A stretch of DNA of 64,000 nucleotides, from positions 248,001-312,000 of the forward strand of contig NC_043010.1 of NCBI RefSeq assembly GCF_006345805.1. The letters are read 5' to 3'. A model generated the notes under the pieces. That model was not told the DNA's origin and ran no database searches. It saw only the letters and a list, made by a program, of their open reading frames with translations. Shown in pieces: positions 37,061 to 50,490 of this stretch. The translations under genes were made by a program, and so were the position numbers. Positions within the stretch are counted from its first letter, which is position 1. Every line of letters begins with the position of its first letter. The DNA is from Octopus sinensis (taxonomy: Eukaryota).

Positions 37061-37879
37061 CAACGGGTACCCTAGAGCCATTATAAATTGGCTTAAGTAC
37101 CCGAGACGGACCAATACGCCGAACACATAGAAAACCCAGCAACACATACTTTCTTAAAATACCCCCATTTTAGCGAGAGGATAACTACATCCCTCCGAAG
37201 AGCCATAAGAAGAGAAGGGCTAGACATACAACCAGCCCACTCCGGCCCCTCTCTGAGAGGACACCTCGCAAAGAAACAAACAAGGGACAACAATCAATGC
37301 ACACTTACAAACTGTCCCATCCGTGACACAGATTTATGTCAACGGGTAAATGTCGGGTATAGAATACAATGTAACAACCTCTCCCCCGAAATTGCTGGCC
37401 TTGTGCCAAACTTTGAAATCAGTATTATGTAGGCATTTCATTCTAAGTTCATGAGACTTATAAAGGATATTACCTGGACATTTAAGAATTTCCCATAATT
37501 CAGCACAGCAAATGGTGCCCATGCCTATCATTTGAGTATGGTAAAACATATTTTATTATGCTCCAAGTAATTTGGAATTCAATTTTTGACCGTAGCCTTA
37601 AAACAATTATTGAAGGAAAAAAGAATTATTGTAAAATCTTTACTTGAAATTTGCATGAGGTGGAACCGATATAGGTAAAAGTGTATAGGTTAGTTATGTA
37701 AAGCATAAATTATTCAGAGGACATAGAAATTTGTTTTTAGAATTAGATAATTGAGATATATGGCAATCAGTGCAACTAGTTTTATGTAAGGCTGGTAGAG
37801 AACCGAGATTATTGTTTGACCCAATAGAATTATTCAGTTACATAATTCACTTGCCAAGGCACCAGGCTTAAAAAATATA

Positions 37880-37950
37880 CAGGTCGTCGTCGACTTACAA
37901 ACTATCCGACTTACGACCGATCGACTTTACGACGATTGACGCGCCAGCTC
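37880..37950 (+). mobile_element. Tigger/pogo-like transposon terminus
   Basis: TA|CAGGTCGTCGTCGACTTAC...GACTTACGACC resembles a Tigger-type TIR; partner end not identified. Confidence 0.5.
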
Positions 37951-38195
37951 CTGCCAGCAATAATAAATAGTCCTGTTGAAATCTAATGGGTTTAATTTCT
38001 TGGATTAATTGTTCCATAAAAGAAAAGAGATGACGGGTGAACAGATGACAAAGTCTGGTTGATTCAGTTTAAATGTATTGCATTCTAACTACAAATATTA
38101 TTTTTAAAATGTAATATTTAAAAACATATTATTTAAAAAATAGCCGAAAGCCCTAATTATATGATAGTTGTAAGGGTAAGAACATGATATATATA

Positions 38196-38714
38196 TGAGG
38201 GGATGCTGAAATGTTCCTGGGTTTAAGAGTATCACGAAAGGCCTAGTTGGAGGCCCAATCTTCCGAGTTATTTTACAGTGTTTAAAAAACTGAAGAACTG
38301 CTGCGAAAAATGTGTGAATCTGAGAGGGAAATATATTGGAATACAGAGACATTGTTGTGTGATGGAGGAAAAAGACAAGAGAAAAAGAAGCAAAAGGGAG
38401 AAAGAAATACAGATACCTTATCTGCTGACCGAAGCGGGATGAGCAATCACTGTCCTTATCGTCAAGAAAAAACACGTCCTTCCACACTCGCCGTCTCTCT
38501 TCGAACTGCCCCACGTGCTTCTGCCCGCGCATGTCCCCGTGGCTCTTCTGCCGGCCCCTGCAGTCTTCACTTCCGTTTACCTCATCTGCAATCCTCTCCA
38601 CCAACACCACATAGATCATCACAGCCCATAACACCACTAACACCACAATCATAATTGTCTAATCACCCTGTATTTTCTTTTACCCAAAGCCAGGAACTTT
38701 TCAGCACTCCCTCG
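38196..38714. mobile_element. Mariner-derived MITE (519 bp)
   Basis: TA-flanked imperfect TIRs TGAGGGGATGCTGAAATGTTCCTGG / CCAGGAACTTTTCAGCACTCCCTCG; internal remnant of a transposase C-terminus (EKCVNLRGKYI). Confidence 0.8.
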
Positions 38715-38796
38715 TATTGTGCCAATAAAATAAAACAAAGTGACATAAAATTTAAAAAATCAAATTTTGCAAAACTCGAAGGAATATACAATAATA

Positions 38797-40088
38797 CGAG
38801 GGACGATCAATAAGTAATGCCCCTGACCCATTTGCAGTTGTTTGATCTAGCTGAAATTTTGCGTGTGAAATTATTACTATCTATATAGATTAAGTGGTAA
38901 ATTACAGCTCTAAACTAATTGTGGTTTCTGATTTACAGGTGTTTGAACTGAGTCAAGTGTGAAATGGAGCCTGTTGAGTGTCGAGCAGTGATCCGGTTTT
39001 TGTATTTGAAAGGACACACACCACGGGAGACTTTTGATGAAATGAAAGTAACTTATGGTAATGATGCCCCATCATATGACCTTGTAAAACGCTGGCATCG
39101 TGAATTCAAACATGGTCGGAACTCTGTGGAAACAGCTCCCAGATCTGGTTGCCCCCTTTCTGCCATTGATGAGGCATCTGTCCGTCAAGTTGAGGCTGCC
39201 ATTTTGGAAGATCGACGCATAACTATTCGCCAAATAGCCTATGAGGTCAAGATTAGTACCGGGTCTGTGGAAACTATCATTCATGACCATTTGCATATGC
39301 AAAAGGTGTCTGCCAGATGGATTCCCAAGTTGCTCACACCTTTCCAGAAGCAAGAACGCGTTGAGTGCTCAAGGATGAATTTGGAGATGTGCCAAGAAGA
39401 TAAGTCAAAATTTTTCAAAAGACTGATTACCCAGGTTTCATCCTGGGTCCATCACTATGATCTATAGACCAAAGCCCAGTCAATGCAGTGGAAGCACCAT
39501 GACTCACCTCCTCCAAAGAAGGCAAGGGTGCAGCCCTTCGCTGGTAAGGTCATGCTCACAGTCTTCTGGGACCAGGACGGAATAGTGATGACAGGTTTCC
39601 TGGCAAAGGGTTCCACAATTACAGGAGCCTATTATGCTTCACTTTTGAGGAAATTAAGAGAAGCTATCAAAATCAAGAGGCGGGGCAAGATCAGCAAAGG
39701 CATCCTCCTCCTGCAGGACAGCGCTCCGGTCCACAACTCACGTGTTTCCAGATCAGAAACACAGGCGTGCGGCTATGAACTCTTTCCCCATACCCCTACT
39801 CTCCTGACCTTGCACCCTCTGATTTTCACCTCTTCCCAGCCATGAGGTTGTTTTTGAAAGGAAAGCGTTTCCCAGATGATACGGCCTTGATTTCTGAAGT
39901 TATGTCGTGGTTGGAGGACCAAGCTGGGGTCCTCTACAAAAACGGTCTCCAGAGCTGCATCAAACGATGGGAGAAATGCGTAACTCTGGGTGGTTCCTAT
40001 GTAGAAAAAGACTAATAACTGTGCCAAGTTTTGTTGCTCTACTGCTATGAGAAGTGAGTCAGGGGCATTACTTATTGAACGCCCCTCG
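38797..40088 (+). mobile_element. Full-length mariner (irritans/Hsmar2-like), 1292 bp
   Basis: TA TSDs; ~31-bp TIRs CGAGGG(A/G)CG(A/T)TCAATAAGTAATGCCCCTGAC. Confidence 0.95.
38964..40015 (+). pseudogene. Mariner DD34D transposase, inactivated
   Basis: WIPKLLT, YD.*TKAQSMQW, GKVMLTVFWD, LQDSAPVH, YSPDLAPSDF; stop at 39465-39467, frameshift near 39800, first catalytic D lost. Confidence 0.92.
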
Positions 40089-40149
40089 TATGATATGAAA
40101 AAATTTTATATGGAAAAAATATTTTTTTCGAGACACAAGCATAAAATCA

Positions 40150-40290
40150 TTGGGGTTAAGAATATGTTCGGTAAATTCACCGTCATCTGTTCACTGTGGG
40201 GGAAGTTCACCGAATGGAATGTTCACTGCGAAGAAAGTTCACCACAAGGTAAGTTTATGGAGAGATAAGTTCAAGGTAAAAGAATAATTA

Positions 40291-40325
<35 letters not shown>

Positions 40326-41400
40326 TCATCAGCATCATCATCTTATTTTTGTGTACCCTTACTGTACTGCCGAGTAAAGTTCGGTGGCCTTCGAAGTGTT
40401 AAATAGTTTATTACTCTTTTTTTTTTAATCAAGGTTGCCTTGATGCATTTGTCACGCCGAATCTCATATCATTTCCTCTACTAAAACCATATATTCTCTG
40501 TAGCATTGTTTCTAATTGTTTAGCATCTGCTGCGTACTCTCCGCCAAGTTCACCGTCAACAATTTCCCGCAAGGAAAGCTCACAGTAAGGAATGTTCACT
40601 GCGAGGGAAGTTCATTGCAAACAAAATATACGGAGAGATAAGTTCACAGTAAAAGAAGTAAAAAAATCTAATTTTCGAACTCTAAAGTGTTTAATCAACG
40701 AATAGGAAATTTCACAGTAAAAAAATAAAGGAAAAAAATAACCTTATCATCAATTTATTCAAAAATTAAATGGGTTTAATCAATCAATTTAATGAACAAA
40801 ATTTTAAAGATTAATGATTTTAATTAAATAAGTAAACCAGATTTCTAATAAGTGATGTTATGCGCTATTCCGCGCAAGTAGTCGCGGATGCAATTTATTT
40901 CCATTGTAACTTTGATTGAGTCTGAATTTGCACAGCAAAAGCAACGTAGGCTTTTTATCCTTTGTTAAGAGCTTCTCCAGAAATGTACCGTTCAATTTTA
41001 ATTTCAGTTAGCTTTTGTTCTTTTTTAATGCACTCCAATAATTTCCATATACTGGAATGACAAGACGTCATTTTCTCTTCAAAGGCGCTATGCCTCCCTT
41101 CAACATTATTATTAGTTTTTGGTAAATTACCTCTGACGGAAGAGTAAACATTCTACATTTCGAGGAGATATTTAGGGTGTCTACGACGTTGTCTTCTGTC
41201 TGGACGCCCTCTCCAGGTCTTCGAAATAATCAATAATGTTTTGAGTCTCTGAAAGGAAAATGTCATCATTACACAGCGTTTTAAAAGTATCAACATCTTT
41301 TCGTACAGACAAACGCCAGAGCACACACGATGCGCATTTTTAAAGCAAACTCAGCGTCTATTCCATAAGCTTGAATTTTTCGGACAATACACCGCGAAAA
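40150..41400 (-). mobile_element. MULE (Mutator-like) remnant: transposase C-terminal fragment (~40950-41400) and 15-bp-period subterminal repeats (40150-40290, 40540-40655)
   Basis: Minus strand ALKMR..ALAFV, IIDYFED, NLPKTNNNVEG.H, LKKEQ; GAAGTTCAC-type periodic repeats. Confidence 0.7.
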
Positions 41401-41498
41401 GTGAAAAAAAATATCTAAGATTACTGATTGGAAAAATGTTACGGCATACTTTAATCATTGCATTCACAAAATCTCTAGTGATTGATAAGAGACTAGAC

Positions 41499-41836
41499 CA
41501 GTGGTTCTTAACCTGGGGCGCGCCCCCTATGGGAAGGCATCAGTAGTTTCTAGCGGGGGAGGGGGCAGCCCGTGAGAAAAAGCTGTAATTTCTCTAATTA
41601 TATTTGTTATTCTCTTAATGAGAACATGGTCAAATAATGAGAAGTTTATAAAAAAATGCAAAAGTATTGCCTTATACCTTTAGTATTCTTATTCTACTAT
41701 CTTAGCGCCACTTACCATTTTCTTTACTTATTGACCCCCACTTCATATCCCTCAAACCCCTCATTAATTCTGAGTTGTAGCTTTAACATTTACCTTTATT
41801 TTGTTAATTTTTTTTTGTTACAACAAAGAACCACTG
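41499..41836. mobile_element. Possible hAT (Charlie-like) non-autonomous element
   Basis: CAGTGGTTCTTAACC ... AAGAACCACTG; both flanks are nnnTAnnn but do not match as a TSD. Confidence 0.45.
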
Positions 41837-42090
41837 GTATAAAGCTTAAATATTATTATCGTGTAATGCCAAACATCCTTTTCAGTTAATAGATTATAAG
41901 CAAACTTGATCCACAGTTTTCATATCTATGAAATAATGTGATTCTTAAAAACCAAGAGGCATGCTGAAACATTATCAAATCATTACAGTAACATACTAAG
42001 AAATATTAACTTAATTTAAAAAATTGAAACCTATTTTTAAATTTTAGCAAGATGAAAAGTATGATATATCTAAAAATAAGAAATAAGACA

Positions 42091-42474
42091 AAATGTGCAG
42101 GACTTCCGAGAGTTCTGTGTGGAGATGGCTCTTATGACAAGTGCCGGGTTTCCGGGATTTCTGTATTGAGAGAGCTGTCTGGAAAAGTGCCGGATTTCCG
42201 GAAGCTCTATGTGGAGGTGGATGTTGGTAAAAGTGCCGGACTTCCGGGAATTCTGTGTGAAGGTGGCTGTCAGGAACAGTGCCGGATTTCCGGGAGTTCT
42301 GTGTTGAGGTGGCTGTCGGGAAAATTGCGGGATTTCCGGGAGTACTATGTGGAGGTGGCTAAGCACTGTTGGAAAGGCTTTTGCTCGCATTATCCTGTCC
42401 AGGCTACAACTGCTTGCTTCTCGAATTTATCCAGAATCGCAGTGTGGCTTTAGAAGAAACATATCAACGATTGA
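42091..42474 (-). repeat. Inverted duplicate of 45035-45462 (RTE/minisatellite junction)
   Basis: Reverse complement near-identical apart from a few substitutions and loss of one repeat unit. Confidence 0.93.
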
Positions 42475-42679
42475 TCAATTTAATAAAGTTAAAAAAATAT
42501 TAAAACACAGATTGGAAAAATAAAAGATTTTAACAATAAAATCAAAATTTTTAATATTAGATGTTTATATTAAAAAATATAGTAAATTTTTTGTAAGAAA
42601 AAAATTACAATATATAGCCAAATGTTAAACTAAAATTCAGATTTAAATATTACAGAAAGTACCATATATATATATATAT

Positions 42680-42909
42680 ATAAATTAGTAATGCAATACT
42701 ACAGTATTGCTTTCCAGTAAAGAATAGCCCGTGAGGGAAAAATACACAAAGTAGTAAATAATACGACATTAGCGTCGTATTATTACGTTCGCTATTTCCA
42801 GTAAATATCGGTACTTCGTTGTGCCATATATTTACTACTTTGTGTATTTTTCCCTCACGGGCTATTCTTTACTGGAAAGCAATACTGTAGTATTGCATTA
42901 CTAATTTAT
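42680..42909. repeat. Perfect 81-bp inverted repeat with 68-bp spacer
   Basis: 42680-42760 is the exact reverse complement of 42829-42909. Confidence 0.93.
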
Positions 42910-43270
42910 TGAAGCTTCTTCACCGTTTTCGTGCTGTTGGCGTTTTGGCGTTTCAGTCGAGTGTAATGGCTCTAATGTGGTAACATCTGAGATTTTGTCA
43001 TGGTATATGCTTGGCTGATGAAGATAGAACAAGATTATGGGTGGCAGACATATCTTGTAAAATCTGTAACCTGCAGGTCCCACATTATCCTTTTCCAGGT
43101 ATTTCATCTTTCAGATGTTCTCCCTGGAGGTAAGACAATTTTTTCTAGTTTGTTGCACACACGCATTTTTGCTAATACATACGCGGTGAAGCTATACATT
43201 AGCGCCGTATTATTACGTTCGCTATTTCCAGTAAATATCGGTACTTCGTTGTGCCATATATTTACTACTT

Positions 43271-43347
<77 letters not shown>

Positions 43348-43618
43348 ACACATACAAAGATAAATTGATAGATACAACTGAGTGGGCAAACAAAAATATG
43401 AGACACAGCCTAGTGCTTTTTTTATGTTGATAAGCCTGGTACTTATTCTATTAGTTTGTTTTTGTGAAACCAGTAAGTTATGTGGTTGTAAATAAATTAA
43501 CAGCAGTTGTGAAGCAGTGGTGAAGGAGAAACACAAAGACACACACATAGACTTACATATATACATACATATATGATTGATTTGTTTCAGTTCCTGTCTA
43601 CGAAATCCATATATAATG

Positions 43619-45148
43619 TTGTTGGCATCCTTTTTGTCTCGGGAGACAATGGAGTTGCGCATAAAATAATCTAGTCCGGCTTTTACATTTCATGTTCTAA
43701 TACATCTCCTGCTGTGGCTGTGTAGTCCTATCCTGGACAAACACTCCCTCTGGCAGGTGCCGCAAATGTAACGAAGACTTTGCCTGGCTGGTTGTAATGT
43801 CATAGTTTCTTGTTGACGTCTTTTCTTGTCTTTCCATTTCTCCTCTCTCTCTATGTCACTCCTTTGTGTCCCCTCTTTTACGGTACGTCTCCAATCTCCA
43901 CGGTTGCTGGCAACTGCTTCCCAGTTGGTAATATTGATGTTGCAGGCATTCATGTCCCTTTTGCAAACATCCTTGTATCATAAGAACGGTCTTCCCACAG
44001 ACCTAGTGCCCCTAGCAAGCTCTCCGTTGAGTATGTCCTTCGGGATTCTGCCATCATCCATACGGCTAACATGTTCAAGCCATCTCATACATCTTTGTGT
44101 GAGGAGTGCAAACATGCTTGGTATTCCTGCTTGCTTGAGGACATCTTTGTTGGGGACATGATTCTGCCATTTGATGCGAAGGATTTTCCGGAGGCAGCGC
44201 AGGTGAAAGATATTTAGGCGACGCTCTTGGCGTGTGTGTGGCGTCCAAGTCTCACTTCCATACAGTTGAGTGCTAAGTACACATGCCTGGTAAATCTTCA
44301 TTTTTGTGGTATTGGTCAGCTTATTGTTGTCCCATGTCCGTTTGGAGAGTTGGGCCATCACAGCAGCTGCCTTGCCAATGCGTATATTGAGCTCAGCATC
44401 TAGGGATAGGTTGTAGGTGATGGTAGAGCCAAGATAGGCAAACTCCAACTCCTGTAGTCTGTGGTCTCCAATATGTATGTTTGGGATGTCCAATGTAACC
44501 TGACCCATGATGTTGGTCTTCTTGAGGCTGATAAATAAGCCAAAGTTGCTACATGCTTGCTCAAAACAGTTGATGAACCTTTGTAGGGCTTCTTTTGTGT
44601 GTAATACCAGAGCAGCAGCAGCAGTAGCAGCAAATAGCATCTCCTTGATCAGGACGCTTCTGATTTTGGTTTTGGCATACAGACGCGAGAGATTGAACAG
44701 TTTCCCATCACTTCTACTGTGCAGAAACACTCCATCATCTGATGTCTCAAAGGCATGTGACAGCAGCTGCGAGAAGAAAATGCCAAATAATGTAGGAGCA
44801 AGGACACAACCTTGCTTTTCTCCATTTTTTATTTGGAAGGCGGCTGATGTTGAACCATTGTGTTGTATGGTGCCTTGCATATCATCATGGAAAGATTTGA
44901 TGATCCTCAGCAGCTTTGGTGGACATCCGATTTTTTGGAGCAGGATGAAGAGGCCTTTTCTACTTACCAAGTCAAAGGCCTTTGTCAGATCAATGAAGGC
45001 CATATATAATAGCCTTTTCATGGAGAATATCATGTCAATAGTTGATATGTTTCTTCTAAAGCCACACTGCGATTCTGTATAAATTCGAGAAGCAAGCAGT
45101 TGTAGCCTGGACAGGATAATGCGAGCAAAGGCCTTTCCAACAGTGCTT
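43619..45148 (-). mobile_element. 5'-truncated RTE-clade LINE (RT to 3' tail)
   Basis: ESQCGFRR, FIDLTKAFD, QGCVLAPTLF, LYGSETWT, CGTCQRECLSRIGLHSHSRRC; tail ATTGTCTCCCGAGAC...GGATGCCAACAAC. Confidence 0.93.
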
Positions 45149-45763
45149 AGCCACCTCCACATAGTACTCCCGGAAATCCCGCAATTTTCCCGACAGCCAC
45201 CTCAACACAGAACTCCCGGAAATCCGGCACTGTTCCTGACAGCCAGCTCCACACAACTACCTGAAATCCGGCACTTTGCCTGACAGTCACCTTCACACAG
45301 AATTCCCGGAAGTCCGGCACTTTTACCAACATCCACCTCCACACAGAGCTTCCGGAAATCCGGCACTTTTCCAGACAGCTCTCTCAATACAGAAATCCCG
45401 GAAACCCGGCACTTGTCATGAGAGCCATCTCCACACAGAACTCTCGGAAGTCCTGCACATTTACCGACAGCCACCTCCAAACAGAACTCCCGAAAGTCTG
45501 GTACTTTTACTGACAGCCACCCCAACACAGAACTCCCAGAAATCCGGCATTTTGCCCGACAGCCACCTCCACACAGAACTCCCGGAAATCCGGCACTTAT
45601 CCCGACAGCCACTTCAACGCAGATCTCCCGGAAATCTGGCACTCTTCATGACAGCCATCTCCACACAGAACTCGCAGAATCCCAGCACTTTTTCCGACAG
45701 TCAATATCACAGAGAACTCCCAGAAATCCGGCACTATTCCCGACAGCCACCTCCACACAGAAC
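45149..45763. repeat. 46-bp minisatellite (~13 diverged units)
   Basis: Consensus CAGCCACCTCCACACAGAACTCCCGGAAATCCGGCACTTTTCCCGA; period measured at 45194, 45240, 45284, 45330. Confidence 0.93.
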
Positions 45764-46039
45764 TGGTCTGTATTCTAGCAACTATACTTTCAGAACATCC
45801 CACTCCATTGCTAATTAGATCACCTAGGTAACAGAAACCTCTACTACCTCAAAGGATCCTCCTGGGCATTTGAGAAAATCTATTTTACATGTTTCGTAGT
45901 GTTTATTGTTCATGTGCATCTGCCACAAACTCCTGCCTGCACATTAAATTTGTCACTATACTCATTATTAACCCTCACCTTATAAACACAATCTATGTAC
46001 ATGGCTTTGATGGCTCTCACAAGCCATTCATCTGCTACC

Positions 46040-46560
46040 TCTCTCAGTGATCGTCAGATCAAGGAGCAAAGGACCCTGTCAAAGAGTTTTCTCTATGTTA
46101 ATAAAAGCTAAGTACAGCAGTTTAATTTTGGCTAAATACTTCTCCTGCAGTTGCTTTACTGGGAAGAAAGCATGAGTAGTACTTCTCCTTGGCACAAAAC
46201 CAGACTGCATCACATCTAATCTTACTTTCTTCCTAATTAGTTGAGCTGTAACTTGCATAATTTTGTCCAGCAATTTGATACCTCTGTAATTACTCCTCTC
46301 AGAGACAACTCCTTTACTCTCGTAACAGTTGACTTTAATACTGCTACACTAGTTGTTGGGTATGATATTTTTATGTACAGCCTGATGAACTATATGAGTG
46401 ACTAGGCCATATCCCATTCTGCCAAATACTTTAAGCATCTCAACAGAAATTCCTTATGGATCAAGGACTTTCCTTGTCTTTATATCCTTAATTGCTTTAT
46501 CTATTATATTACTGTTGACTAGAAGGCTCTTTTTTGCTCAGTTAACTAGTAGACTGAGCT
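46040..46560 (-). pseudogene. RTE/RTE-X-like RT fragment
   Basis: MQSGFVPRRSTTHAFFPVKQLQEKYLAK..LYLAFINIEK. Confidence 0.75.
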
Positions 46561-47508
46561 ATAGAAGAATACAGATGCAAAACTAAAATACTACACATCA
46601 ATGAGTACACCTAATAAAAATACACAAACCACACATAAAAATCTATTATGTGGATCAAATGCATAAACACTATTGAACAGATGAGCATATGAGGAAAACC
46701 CTCACAAAACAGAATACAAAATGCAACACACTTGATCAGGAACTTAAACTAATAATATTCTGCAAAAACACCAAAACAAAGAACCTTTATCTATAACACA
46801 CCACAAACATGTAAACCTGAGTACTAGTTACAAATGACTAATATAGTCTATAAATTTGACTACAAAATTGTTGGCATGCTGGGAAAAATGCTCAGCTGCA
46901 TTTTGTCTGTCTGTACATTCTGAGTTCAAATTCTACTGAGGTTGACTTCACCTTTCATCCTTCCAAGATCGACAAAATAAGTACCAGTTGGGCACTGGGA
47001 TCAATGTAACCAACTTACCTCAGTACCTCAAAATTGCTGGCCTTGTACCAAAATTTGAAATTATGATAATAATAATAATAATAATTATTACTATTATTAT
47101 TATTATTATTATTATTATTAGCAGTAGCAACAGCAGAAATAATAGTATTTTAAAGATGCCAATCTAGTAAAATCAAAACCTGCAGGGACATTTGTCTGCC
47201 TTTACATTCAAATTCTACCTGGGTCATCTTTGCCTTTCATCCTTTTTTCTCCAAGATTTTATTGGTTTTGAATTGTTTTTAATGCTTGGTGGGTGTCAGC
47301 CCTATGCAAACCTGGTTATATCACTGGGAAGAGGTGGTCTGTATTTGTTTGACCTGTCTAACATGGGAGGCCTTACCAGGAGTTTGCATTCCACTGGTAT
47401 AGCTCTCAGGGTTACTGAAGCACATAAGCACTACACTGCAACAAAGACTGGATCATGTGGTGGTTTTATATGCACACACATTTTAAATTATGTGCATGTG
47501 AGTGCACG

Positions 47509-47539
<31 letters not shown>

Positions 47540-47689
47540 AATGGCACAGGATCACAGTGTCATTGATTTGGTTCTTTGATTGGAACACGTGTTGAGTCCT
47601 TGAGCAAAGCATTTCATACCATATTATTCTTACCATGTTATACTCAGATGAACTGAATAGCAATGAAATGCTGGTAGATAATGAGAGAA

Positions 47690-47960
47690 GGAGCATAAAT
47701 GGAGACAGGAGTACGTGGGTGGTGGAGGCAGAAATTCAACCACTTCTAAGGAACAACAGCTATTATAATAGTGAGAAAGGTAGAAAGGGGATGTAGCAGA
47801 CTTATGACCCAGAGGCTGAAGCATGTCTGTGAGCGATTTCACACCAATCAGTTGTGTAGCCTAGCCTTGAAGAGAAGGGCATCCCAGGTATGTTAACAAT
47901 CTGCTTTCACCAGGATAGATCCTTGGTGATAATGAGATCCAACAAGATAGACATATCATC
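47690..47960 (-). pseudogene. CR1/Jockey-group LINE 3' fragment
   Basis: LQPLGHKS..SPFY..YYNSCCSLEVVEFLPP resembles the LQPLSHRR..FY.Y...CS.EL..PP C-terminus. Confidence 0.5.
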
Positions 47961-49199
47961 TGTTGCACTTATATTTCTGAATCAGCTGTAGAGATAAAGC
48001 TTGATTACATCATTTATTTGTATATGCAACTTTCCATGTGAAGAGACTCCTTGTCTCTAATTTTGCTTATCTATCTTTTCTGCGTTTATATATCTTATCA
48101 TCAGAACATTCCATGATTACTGCATATTTTTCTTGCTACTGGTACCAATTGGTTGGGAGTTAGAAATGGGAGCTACAATTATTTATATTACCTTAAATAT
48201 TATTGCTATTCATTATTTTTTTTTCCTTTCCAATTTTCTAATTTCAAACACCTTCTTGTATTGAATACAATGTTGATCTGCAATGAATATTTTTACAAAA
48301 AATATTTTTAAAAATAACCACCTAAAAACATGTGTGCCATTGGTGAAGTGTAGAGTTCATTGAAGAGACAGCAACAACAACAATAATAATAATAATAACA
48401 GAAAGGGCCTAAATCAATGGTTTGATTAAACCAGTTATTATTTACTATTTTTTGGTTGTTTATTTCATTCTTTCATTTCCCAGCTTTTTTTAAAAATTTT
48501 ATTTACCTAATTATCTCTGCTAAAATGCTTGTGGTATTCTTTATATTCAAAGATCCTTACTTTCTGGGAAGAAAAGAAATAATAATAAGAATAATCAATA
48601 AAACAAAATCAATAACATAAAAAAAAAATTGAAAATCATTTGAATGTTTGGTAAAATACTGAGAACCCAATTTTTAAAACCAATATTGAACTATACCTTG
48701 GGGTCTACAATTTTTTTTGTCTTATTTTCCAGATTATAAAGACTGTAACTTTGCAACATAAAAAAAATGAATAAATGAAACGTATTGTTTCTTAAATAAA
48801 ATAACCAACATTTTAGATTAAAATATATATGTATACCACTCACTTCTTTCTTACTTTAACCCTTTATTCCTTAGTATAAAACCCTACCACACAAAACCAT
48901 TTCTTTTAGGATTCATTGTTTGGTGAGCTGCATGGGAACCTAATTGTGCTCGTGGTAAAAAAAAAAAAAGAAGCAATTTGTATGCATTGTAAGGTAGTTG
49001 GTAGCAGGAACCATGCCAAAGTGGACACTGGAGTACAGTGGAGTCCTTGGACCTATCAGATCTCGTCAAACTGTCCAACCCTTGCCCATATGGAACATGG
49101 ACCTTAAATAGAGATGATTGTGTTGACAATAATGTTGATGTTGTATGTATGTATATCTCTGAATGCATACATATATATCTGCCCATCCGTCTGTCCGTC

Positions 49200-49230
<31 letters not shown>

Positions 49231-49539
49231 TGACTTTGCCTTTCATTCTTTTGGGGTTTATAAAATAAGTACCAGTTGAGCACTGGGGGCTGACATAATT
49301 GACTTACTCCCAACCAATATTAAATCAATCAAACAAAGCTACTGATAATATGTTTTACCTGTTACTTGATTCAGTCATTGGACACAGAGGGGCACCACCT
49401 TGAAGGGAGCATCGGAACAGTACACCCATTACTTATTTTTCAAGTCTATTACTCATGCTATTGGTCTCTTTTGTTGAACTAAGCTATGGGAACATAAACA
49501 CATCAACACTAATTGTCAAGCAGTGGTGTAGGGAGTGAA

Positions 49540-49872
49540 GGCACATGGCTCAGTGGTTAGAGCGTCGAGCTTACGATCATGAGGTTGTGAGCTCGAATCT
49601 CAGACCAGGCTGCGTGTTGTGTTCTTCAGCAAGACACTTTATTTCACGTTGCTCCAGTTCACTCAGCTGTAGAAATGAGTTGCGACGTCACTGGTGCCAA
49701 GCTGTATCGACCTTTGTCTTTCCCTTGGATAACACTGGTGGCGTGGAGAGGGGAGGCTGGTATGCATGGGCGACTGCTGGTCTTCCATAAACAACCTTGC
49801 CCGGACTTGTGCCTGGGAGGGTAACTTTCTAGGTGCAGTCCCATGGTCTGTGTCGTGACCGAAGGGGGTCTC
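49540..49872 (+). mobile_element. tRNA-derived SINE, family 3
   Basis: A-box TGGCTCAGTGG, B-box-like GCTCGAATC, CORE-like GTGTTCTTCAGCAAGACACTTTA. Confidence 0.75.
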
Positions 49873-49909
49873 ATGTGTAGGGAGACATACACACACACAA
49901 TGAGCTTTC

Positions 49910-50490
49910 GGAAAGTTTCAGTCCACCAAATTCATGCACAAGGCATTGGTTGGCCTAGGACTAAGGTAGAACATACTTGCCCAGGGTGCCATGCAGTGGC
50001 ACCATGTGGTTGAAAAGCGAGCTTCTTAACCACACATCTGCCTATTCATCTTTTACCTTTTACTTGTTTCAGTCTTTAGACTACAGCCATGCTGGAGCAC
50101 CACCTTGAAGAACTTTTAATTGAATAACTTGCCCCCAGGACTTAATTTTTACATTTTTTTAAAGTCTGGACTCTTTTGTCAAACTGCTAAGTTACAGCGA
50201 TGTAAACAAATCAAAACCGGTTGTCAAGTGGTGGTTTGGGACAAACACAAAGATACACACATGCACACAGACACACACACGCACGCACGCACACACACAC
50301 ACACACACACATACACACACATATGAGGGGCTTCTTTCAGTTTCTGTATATCAAATTCACTCACAAGGCTTTGGTTGGCCTAAAACTATAATAGAAGACA
50401 CTTGCCCAAGGTGTCCCGTAGTGGAACTGAACATGAAACCATGTGATTGGGAAGCAAGCTTCTTACTACACAGCTACACCTGTGCCTATT
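49910..50490 (-). mobile_element. Family-2 SINE copies
   Basis: Homologous to 18385-18785. Confidence 0.8.

Noticed and set aside
37093-37293. Minus-strand ORF next to ORF1-only copy 3 as an inverted ORF2 piece (twin priming)
   Set aside because: No recognisable RT or endonuclease motif by eye; would need a profile search.
49540-49615. Functional tRNA gene
   Set aside because: A/B boxes are present but there is no proper acceptor stem, and the sequence continues into a SINE body; the same holds for the other SINE heads.
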